13,791 nt of DNA, from positions 5,216 to 19,006 of the forward strand of contig JAYNIA010000050.1 of NCBI GenBank assembly GCA_038108555.1, written 5' to 3'. The notes under the pieces were generated by a model that did no database searches, was not told the DNA's origin, and worked only from the letters and a program-made list of their open reading frames with translations. Each line of letters begins with the position of its first letter. Positions within the stretch are counted from its first letter, which is position 1. This DNA is from Nitrospinota bacterium (GTDB taxonomy: Bacteria > Nitrospinota > Nitrospinia > Nitrospinales > VA-1). The translations under genes and the position numbers were made by a program. Positions 6,915-13,334 of this stretch are shown piece after piece.

Positions 6915-8187
6915 GTTGAAAACATTTTTTAGCTTCGGCCACCGTAAAAATGGATCCCGTAACGCAGACCAAATCATCAGACTTTGCAAATTTTTGGGCT
7001 GCTTGTAATGCATTGGAAACACTTTCTGAAACCTGTACCGGTTTGTTATATTTAGTTAGTTTTTCTTTTAAATTCTCAGCTGGTTCACCCCTTTCGGGAT
7101 TGACCTGAACCAGGTAAAAACGGTCACCAAATTGGCTTAAAATTTCTAAAATTTTGTCAATTTCTTTATCTTTCATGAGCCCTAGAACGACCAAACACCT
7201 GGAAAAACGGACGTTTTTGCACACCTCCGCCGTCATATTCCTGACGCTTGCAACATTATGGGCGCAATCCAGAATCGTTAAGGGATTATCGGAGACGAGC
7301 TCCAACCGACCTTCCCAACGAACGGTTTCTAAACCTTTCCTGACCGCAACTTCATGTTTGCCTCCCAAAAAATGAAGGCAGGCTGCAATAGCCAAACCTG
7401 CATTTTGGGCCTGAAATTGACCAATTAGGGGCAATTCTAGGTTTTTAAGCACAATGTCATTATCCGCAAAATCGAATGTCTGAAGGCCTCTGGAACCCTT
7501 GATTTGGGTCACTTTGAAATCGTGATTTAACCGGTAAACCGAGGCCTTTCGATCTTGAGCCAAACTATTGACAACATTAAATATTTCCTCATCTGGGGTA
7601 TGAGCAAAAACTGTACCGCTTTCTTTAATAATGGAGGCTTTTTCGAAGGCTATTTGCTTGAGATCATGGCCCAAAAATTCGGTGTGGTCTCTGGAAATGG
7701 AAGTGATCAGGGATATTTCTGACTGGCAGAGATTGGTGGCATCCAGTCTTCCCCCCAACCCGACTTCAAGGATATTTACATCGGTCCCTTGATCTTTGAA
7801 ATGGAGGAAGGCCAAAACCGTCCCAAACTCAAAAAATGTGATGGGGATTTTAAGTTTTTCCACGGCCTGTTTTATTTTCAGGATCAGTGCAATGGTATTT
7901 TCTTTTTCAATGGGGATGCGATTGATCTGGATTCGTTCCCGAAAATCGAGAAGGTGCGGGGAGGTGTAAAGGCCGGTTTTAAATCCAGCGGCTCTTAAAA
8001 TGGATTCTATAATTGCGGCTGTGGAACCCTTCCCATTGGTTCCGGCTACATGGATGGTTCGAATACCCAATTGAGGATTGCCAAAATACTCCAACAGGCA
8101 CTTAGTATTTTGCAATCCCAGTTTTATTCCGCTATGCGTGAGGCTGTATAAATAATCCAGAGCTTCACGGTATCTTGAATCATTCAT
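6865..8187 (-). CDS. folC: Bifunctional dihydrofolate synthase / folylpolyglutamate synthase
   Basis: 440 aa with IHVAGTNGKGS, GLYTSPHL..FRERI, T.FE, LEVGLGGRLDATN, EKA.IIK, W.GR.E, LDCAHN and TGSIF motifs. Confidence 0.96.
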   Translation of the reverse strand: MNDSRYREALDYLYSLTHSGIKLGLQNTKCLLEYFGNPQLGIRTIHVAGTNGKGSTAAIIESILRAAGFKTGLYTSPHLLDFRERIQINRIPIEKENTIALILKIKQAVEKLKIPITFFEFGTVLAFLHFKDQGTDVNILEVGLGGRLDATNLCQSEISLITSISRDHTEFLGHDLKQIAFEKASIIKESGTVFAHTPDEEIFNVVNSLAQDRKASVYRLNHDFKVTQIKGSRGLQTFDFADNDIVLKNLELPLIGQFQAQNAGLAIAACLHFLGGKHEVAVRKGLETVRWEGRLELVSDNPLTILDCAHNVASVRNMTAEVCKNVRFSRCLVVLGLMKDKEIDKILEILSQFGDRFYLVQVNPERGEPAENLKEKLTKYNKPVQVSESVSNALQAAQKFAKSDDLVCVTGSIFTVAEAKKCFQHEKNPTHPGNSPHSRQ

Positions 8188-8322
8188 GAAGAGTTTATTT
8201 AAAATGGATTCACAAAAGGCTACAATCCAACCAAAGCCAGTGGTTGGATCAAAATATTTTTACCTTTGTCCCGGGAAAAACACCCGGGCAGAATTTTTAT
8301 CAATGTTGACTAGTGTAAAGCA

Positions 8323-8835
8323 ATGAAGAACCCGCAATTGACAACCATTCCCCTTATCTCGCTATCCTATGACCAGGAAAGGTGGGAGCCCGGTCACGAG
8401 TGGGAAGAAAAGATTTTGAACAATAAAAATTCTATCAAAATTTCAACTCCGATGGAACTTCCTGGTTCCAGTTATGGAATTAAGATTGAGGATTCCTCTT
8501 TATGCAAAGCATTTGGTGAAAATTCGATCCCCATTTTTTCCAATTCTGATTTCCAGGCTAAAGACAATATTTATTTGGTCGGGCTAAAAAGAAAACCTCC
8601 TTTCATTGGCAAGCTCCTAAAAAATGAATCGGAAACGGAAGGGCAGGGTAGAAAAACTTTTATGACACCAACGCCCTTGCATATTCCTGAAAGCAAAACA
8701 TCTCCCATTGCCGATTCGTTACACCATACTCTTATATTTAAAGTTTTTTCAAAACCGCCGGGAACACGATTTGTCCAGCACTCAACAATCAGTTGGTTAC
8801 ACCCTCTTATTTTCGTCCAAAAAGAAGAGAACTAA
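8323..8835 (+). CDS. Hypothetical protein, probable stand-alone S24 (LexA/UmuD-like) peptidase-fold domain
   Basis: 170 aa ORF fills the gap and is co-oriented with the next gene. YGIKIEDSSL aligns by eye with the S24 consensus FALRVxGDSM, and FIGKLL with the lysine strand. No HTH domain. Shine-Dalgarno not evident. Confidence 0.55.
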   Translation: MKNPQLTTIPLISLSYDQERWEPGHEWEEKILNNKNSIKISTPMELPGSSYGIKIEDSSLCKAFGENSIPIFSNSDFQAKDNIYLVGLKRKPPFIGKLLKNESETEGQGRKTFMTPTPLHIPESKTSPIADSLHHTLIFKVFSKPPGTRFVQHSTISWLHPLIFVQKEEN

Positions 8836-8866
8836 AATTAATTATTTTTAATTAGAGAATCTTAAT

Positions 8867-9478
8867 ATGAAAGAAATTCTTCCTGATATTTTTACCTGGA
8901 GTGAGTTTTCTGAAGAGAAACAGCTTAACTTCAATGGATATTTGCTGGTCTCGGAAGAGGAGTCCGTTTTGATAGACCCACCTGGAATGAGTGATACGGA
9001 CTTGACTGAGTTGGGTGAGCGGGCGGGCAGGAATTCTGCAAGTCCGTTAAAGGCTATTTTGCTTACCAATGTACACCATGAAAGAGCAAGTGGAGAATTG
9101 GCTGCAAAGTTGAACGTTCCCGTTTGGATCCATGAAAAAGACTATGCCGGGTTAGAAAGAAAAGCTGAAAAAACTTTTAATTCTGATGAAGGTTTGCCTT
9201 GTGGATTGAAAACTTTTAACTTTGAAAATCAAAAATCGCCTGGAGAATCTGGTTTCTTTTTAGAAGAAAGACGTTTGATGTTCGTCGGTGATGCCTTGAT
9301 CGGTAAGGTTCCGGGAAAAGTGAATATGCTTCCCCCAGAAAAATATAACGATTTTGCTCAAGCAAAAAATGGATTGCATAAAATTTTTGATTTTGACTTT
9401 GACTGTCTATTGGTGGGAGATGGGGAGTCTATTCTTCAGGGGGCAAAAGATTCCGTGAAAAACTTTTTAGAGAGGTGA
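8867..9478 (+). CDS. Metallo-beta-lactamase-fold protein with non-canonical metal ligands
   Basis: 203 aa with the MBL motif order N.YLL, VLIDPP, ILLTNVHHER, WIH..D, KSPGES, FVGDAL and LLVGDG. Confidence 0.85.
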   Translation: MKEILPDIFTWSEFSEEKQLNFNGYLLVSEEESVLIDPPGMSDTDLTELGERAGRNSASPLKAILLTNVHHERASGELAAKLNVPVWIHEKDYAGLERKAEKTFNSDEGLPCGLKTFNFENQKSPGESGFFLEERRLMFVGDALIGKVPGKVNMLPPEKYNDFAQAKNGLHKIFDFDFDCLLVGDGESILQGAKDSVKNFLER

Positions 9479-10123
9479 AGGGGGTACCAAAACTATTGGT
9501 GCTAAATCTTTCCAGAATTGAAGGCCGGCCTGCGACCAGTCAAGATTTATGAACTTTTCATCTATCACCGGGTATACCCGGATTATTTTCAGGTAGTCCA
9601 GTTTCAGAATTATTTTCTGTAGTTCTTCCGGATTGCCTTCGTTGATAAGAGAAAAGTTGTTCTCATTTATCTCCCATTCGAATGGATTGGGTGCCAGTGA
9701 GACATGGATGTCTTTAAACGGTTCGGTGTTTCTGTTTGCTACAAGTCTTTCCAGGTAACCTTTTAGTTTTTCACCCTTTAAAATTAAGGAAAACCCGAGG
9801 TAGTGTCCCCACCAGAAAAGGGTTCTCAGGGTGAACATTTCAGTTTTTGAAAAGTTTTGCGGGTAGTCCAGAGAAAGGAAGGGGAAGCCGTTATGGTTTT
9901 CTCCTCTGGCGATCTGGTTTTTTTTTAGGTCCAATCCTTCGGGCAGGTTGTTGGCTAACGGTTGGATTTCTTTTTCAAGGGTTTTTTGTAAATCCAAGAG
10001 CCGGTTTTCGACTTTTTTCAGGATGCCCGGTTTTTCCTGGAATATTTCTACATGATTGACGAGCCTGAATTCTTTTTCTGACCAGGGGGTGGATTCGGAG
10101 TTATCAGTATTTTGAGAGCTCAT
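9467..10123 (-). CDS. Conserved hypothetical protein
   Basis: 218 aa ATG-initiated ORF with globular composition and a motif-like core IARGENHNGFPFLSLDYPQNFSKTEMFTLRTLFWWG. Its 3' end overlaps the convergent MBL gene by 12 nt. Confidence 0.8.
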   Translation of the reverse strand: MSSQNTDNSESTPWSEKEFRLVNHVEIFQEKPGILKKVENRLLDLQKTLEKEIQPLANNLPEGLDLKKNQIARGENHNGFPFLSLDYPQNFSKTEMFTLRTLFWWGHYLGFSLILKGEKLKGYLERLVANRNTEPFKDIHVSLAPNPFEWEINENNFSLINEGNPEELQKIILKLDYLKIIRVYPVIDEKFINLDWSQAGLQFWKDLAPIVLVPPSPL

Positions 10124-10146
10124 TGGAAATAGAGTGGGGCGGGCAC

Positions 10147-10186
10147 AAAAAAAGCGTAAAAGAATCTAAAGAAGATTCTTTTACAC
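10147..10186 (-). terminator. Intrinsic terminator of the motA-motB-pilZ operon
   Basis: Perfect 12-bp inverted repeat GTAAAAGAATCT (10156-10167) / AGATTCTTTTAC (10173-10184), extendable by 2 pairs in RNA. Followed on the minus strand by 7 U (10153-10147). Begins a few nt after the pilZ stop. Confidence 0.8.
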
Positions 10187-10192
10187 CTGGAA

Positions 10193-10585
10193 CTAAATGT
10201 CCTTATATTTTTTCTGCGCGATCTCTTCTTTCTGGCATTCTAAAATATAAGAGTGGATGCTGTCTTCCTGATCGGGATCAAGGCCGACTATTTTGCACCG
10301 GCAGACATTTTTATCATCGATCTTGAGAATTTCGGTTGAAACTTTGAAATTGCCTTTGCCTTTTGGCAGGGTGATTTCCATGGGGTATTTGGCTCCCAGT
10401 TTGAAACCTTTGTTGTCAAAAGAAATTCCACCTGCGCTGATGTCTACCGCTTTCAGGGCAGTGGTTCCCACTTTTAAAATGATGGGGTTTTCTTTTGACG
10501 GGTAAACCCTGAAAGCCCCTCTTGTTTCAGTTGGGTTCTTAAAGAGTTTTTTACCGGTATCTTTACTTTTCTTTTTCCAGAACAA
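10193..10585 (-). CDS. PilZ domain protein (c-di-GMP receptor)
   Basis: 130 aa with RGAFR (RxxxR) and DISAGG (DxSxxG) motifs intact. TTG start overlapping the motB end by 23 nt, with GGAG/GGTAG upstream. Confidence 0.88.
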   Translation of the reverse strand: MFWKKKSKDTGKKLFKNPTETRGAFRVYPSKENPIILKVGTTALKAVDISAGGISFDNKGFKLGAKYPMEITLPKGKGNFKVSTEILKIDDKNVCRCKIVGLDPDQEDSIHSYILECQKEEIAQKKYKDI

Positions 10586-11252
10586 ATTCTACCCTCCTAT
10601 TTTTGGCTCTCCCCGGCGCGGTGTCATTTCTTGCCAAGGGGAAAGTGTCTGCATAACCTGTGGCAGTCATTCGTTCAGGTTCTGCCCCCTTATCAATAAA
10701 ATATCTAAGTACAGCTGTTGCTCGAGCAGCTGAAAGCTCCCAGTTTGTGGGGAACATGGGTGTTGAGATCGGTTCGTCGTCCGTGTGACCTTGAATATGG
10801 ATTTTATAATTCGGGTATTTATTTACTACCCGTATCACTTCATCAAGAACGGGTCTTGCCGCCAATTCTAGATTTGCCTGTGCTGGTTTAAATAGGCTTG
10901 CTCCAGGAACCCGGACAACCACTTTGGCATCGCTGGTCTCGACATCCATTTCGGAGTCTTCAGCGACCTCGCTCATTTCCGACAATATATCGTTTGATTT
11001 TTGCTGTGTCAATTCCTGTATGCTTTCCTTGATCTCGGCACTATCTAAAAGCTCTAAAAGTCCAATACTTGCTTGCTCTTCCCCAATGATGGCTTCCTTG
11101 AATTTCTGCATGTTCATTGAGGCTATCGAGTAATAAAGGATGAAGAATGTCATGATCAGGGTAACCATGTCTGAATAGGTGACCAACCAGAGGGGAGCTC
11201 CTTCTTCTTCTATGATACCCTTTTTTTCCTCTCCGCTGTTTTTGTGGGCCAT
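10563..11252 (-). CDS. motB: Flagellar stator protein MotB/PomB (TM helix plus OmpA-like peptidoglycan-binding domain); possibly the C-terminal part of a longer gene 10563-12155
   Basis: APLWLVTYSDMVTLIMTFFILYYS with the conserved Asp. GHTDD.P, NWELSAARA.AV, GYAD..P and NRRVEF motifs. In frame with the upstream ORF across a single TAA. Confidence 0.92.
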   Translation of the reverse strand: MAHKNSGEEKKGIIEEEGAPLWLVTYSDMVTLIMTFFILYYSIASMNMQKFKEAIIGEEQASIGLLELLDSAEIKESIQELTQQKSNDILSEMSEVAEDSEMDVETSDAKVVVRVPGASLFKPAQANLELAARPVLDEVIRVVNKYPNYKIHIQGHTDDEPISTPMFPTNWELSAARATAVLRYFIDKGAEPERMTATGYADTFPLARNDTAPGRAKNRRVEFVLEKEK

Positions 11253-11276
11253 TTTTTTCAGCCGGTCGGCCCATTC

Positions 11277-12155
11277 TTATTCAATTTTTTCAATTTCCTT
11301 GGCGAGCTTGTTCTCGAATTCTTTTTTCTCTTCAAGCAGCTTTTGTTCTAATTCAATTTTTTCCTTTTCCAGTTCGGCGACGTCAGCTTTTAAATCCTTA
11401 ATGATTTCGGAGGGAAGCTTGGTTTGCCCATCTTCGTCTTTGTTGTCATACATGACTTTTTCATACGAATTGATGAGCTCTGTTTTTTCCTTGATAATTT
11501 TTTCGTAGGCATCAATGCTGTCTTTATGTTTTTTTTCCTGAGCTTTAACCTTCTTTTTCATCTCCTTGGCGGCGTCAGGTTGATTGCGCAACCGTTTTAC
11601 TTCCTGAGCCAGGAGTTCTTTTTCCTTGTCGTTTTGATTGGTTAAACTCGCCTGCTCCTCCATTCTTTCTTCGAGGGCCTGGTTTTTGAGTTTTAATTTT
11701 TTTAAGGCTTTTACGAGCTTGGGGTCTTTGACTTCTTTGACTACTTCCTTTGTTTCTACCACCTTTTCCGGGCTGGGGGCTTCGGATTGGGCTTTAGCCG
11801 CTTTTTTCAGATCATCGGCCAGTTTTTCTTTTTCCTTTTTTTCTTTATCGAGACGTTCTTTTAGCTCTTTTATAAGCTGCTGGTCTTTTTCGCTTTCGCT
11901 GGAAGAATCGTCATCTTCGGAAGATGATTTTTTATCAAAAGAAACTTTTGATCCGGAAGAGGACTGGACGTTTTGGATTTCTTCTTCTTTTTGAGCAACC
12001 GTGGTTTTGAGATCTTCTATTTTTTCGTGGCTGAGTTTGCGGACGTGTTTGATCTTTGCGTCATGCTTGGCTTTTTCAGCATCACGTTTTTTTAACTCCT
12101 TGGCCTGAATTCGGAGTTGTTCTTTGATCATTTCCACGCTATCGCGGGGGTTCAT
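11277..12155 (-). CDS. Lys/Glu-rich coiled-coil protein; probable N-terminal extension of MotB separated by an in-frame TAA
   Basis: 292 aa, highly charged and helical, with no hydrophobic segment. Lies between motA and motB. Reading through TAA 11279-11277 gives EKIE*EWADRLKK-MAHK..., continuing into MotB. Confidence 0.8.
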   Translation of the reverse strand: MNPRDSVEMIKEQLRIQAKELKKRDAEKAKHDAKIKHVRKLSHEKIEDLKTTVAQKEEEIQNVQSSSGSKVSFDKKSSSEDDDSSSESEKDQQLIKELKERLDKEKKEKEKLADDLKKAAKAQSEAPSPEKVVETKEVVKEVKDPKLVKALKKLKLKNQALEERMEEQASLTNQNDKEKELLAQEVKRLRNQPDAAKEMKKKVKAQEKKHKDSIDAYEKIIKEKTELINSYEKVMYDNKDEDGQTKLPSEIIKDLKADVAELEKEKIELEQKLLEEKKEFENKLAKEIEKIE

Positions 12156-12204
12156 AGCAGTGTGGATTCTATTTGTCCGGCATGGGCCGGATTGAAGTTA
12201 ATAT

Positions 12205-12978
12205 TTATCTTTTTACCATTTTTTGTTGCATGGGCCGTCTCAGTTTGGTCGGGATATAGGATGAAAGTTTTTCATAAACCAGCATGGGATTATTATCCTG
12301 AATAATGGAAGCAGCCCCTTCAAAGATGATCTCCAGATTGATTACTTCTATCGATGTTCTGGATTGCAACTTTCCCGCAATGGGATTGAAAACCAGAGAA
12401 GCTAATAAGCTTCCATAAAATGTTGTGAGTAGAGCAACAGCCATGGATGGCCCAACGGTTTCTGGATTGGATAATTTCTGCAGCATTTAAACCAGTCCGA
12501 TCAGCGTTCCAATCATCCCGAATGAGGGCGCGTATAATCCCATTTTTTTGAATATATCCTGTACGATATAATGCCTTTGCTTCATGGATTCAATTTCAAT
12601 ATTCAGCGTGTCCCTCATCATATCTTCCTTGGAACCATCGGCAATGAGGTTACAGGCCTTTTTAAGGAAGTCGGATTCAATTTCCAGCTTACTAAGGGCT
12701 ACGATTCCCTGTCTCCGGCTCAAGGTACATAATTCCACCATGGTGGAAACCATGTCGTTGGCTTCTTCTTTATTTGAAGAAAAGACAAACACAGCGGCCT
12801 TAAATGCCGATTTTACGTCTTCAAACTGGAAGGTTATAAGAGTTGCCGCCAGAGTACCGCCGACTACAATCATCATTCCAGGAAGGTTAAAGAAAGAAAC
12901 AACATCGCCACCAATAAATATGGCTGAAACAATGAGAGCAAGGCCCGAAATAATGCCTGTTAATGAAGCTATATCCAA
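12205..12978 (-). pseudogene. motA: Flagellar stator protein MotA/PomA interrupted by one in-frame TAA (12489-12487)
   Basis: ORFs 12487-12978 and 12205-12486 abut in frame. The joined 257-aa product has MDIASLTG, P..MIV.GGT, APSFGMIGTLIGLV*ML..L..P..VGPSMAVALLTTFYG and PIAGKL. TTG start with AAGGG Shine-Dalgarno. Pseudogene status versus sequencing error or recoding is unresolved. Confidence 0.88.
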
Positions 12979-13027
12979 GGTTTAACCCTTTTTTTAAGTC
13001 TAATTTTCAATTTTATTGGGAGCTTTA

Positions 13028-13056
13028 AATTTACCACTATAACCCAGTTTCTGCAA
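13028..13056 (-). promoter_or_regulatory. Putative sigma70 promoter of the mot operon
   Basis: Minus strand TTGCAG (13056-13051), 17-nt spacer ending in TGn, then TAAATT (13033-13028). About 50 nt upstream of the motA start. Confidence 0.5.
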
Positions 13057-13161
13057 TCTTTTCCGTAGGTTAGCCATATTTGCCACCCATCCGAAAGGGC
13101 TATTTTTTAGGGTAAATCTTGTATAAATCCCCTGTTTCCAACAATTTATATTGTAGTGATG

Positions 13162-13190
13162 TTCATAACGGTTTTAATGAGTCCTATAAT
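13162..13190 (+). promoter_or_regulatory. Putative sigma70 promoter of the SMR gene
   Basis: TTCATA (13162-13167), 17-nt spacer, perfect TATAAT (13185-13190). Confidence 0.55.
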
Positions 13191-13334
13191 TAGCGTAGAA
13201 TCAAAAATTTATTGGATTTTTGGCGGATTTTTAGTGTTTTTCTATGGGAAAAGCCAATTTCAGGTTCTTCCATAAAAATTCTGGAGTTACTATGGAACTA
13301 AGGGGGAAATTTTCAAATCTTCAGGGGTGAAATT

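Noticed and set aside
6915..7022. ORF-track N-terminal extension of lptD (875 aa from 7022)
   Set aside because: It lies wholly inside folC and would bury the signal peptide. The ATG at 6914 gives a typical signal sequence.
11700..11960. Low-complexity repeats in the coiled-coil gene (EKVVETKEVVKEVK, SSSEDDDSSSES) as a tandem repeat or array
   Set aside because: These reflect amino-acid compositional bias only. There is no regular DNA repeat unit or spacer structure.
12169..12183. Mini-ORF ATG CCG GAC AAA TAG (MPDK*) between motA and the coiled-coil ORF, as a third broken segment or leader peptide
   Set aside because: It is out of frame with the downstream ORF, has no Shine-Dalgarno, and is too short to distinguish from chance.
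11277..12489. Genome-wide reassignment of TAA to Gln (alternative genetic code) as the explanation for the mot stops
   Set aside because: TAA is the normal terminator, at family-typical lengths, of cheX (247), cheR, cheY, the delta-subunit gene, motB and motA itself. No other gene in the window has an internal TAA.
654..12985. Numerous short alternative-frame or antisense ORFs in the track (e.g. 2090-2545, 6364-6768, 11041-11274, 11638-11994, 12584-12985)
   Set aside because: They overlap well-supported genes, have no recognisable motifs, and show the Ser/Phe-rich composition expected from the antisense of Lys/Glu-rich genes.
13060..13110. Possible c-di-GMP-I (GEMM) riboswitch upstream of motA (CCGAAAGG and GGCAAA elements)
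   Set aside because: The GAAA loop and GGCAAA lie on opposite strands. The GACGCAAAG-type junction and second stem are missing, and the segment is upstream of the predicted motA promoter.
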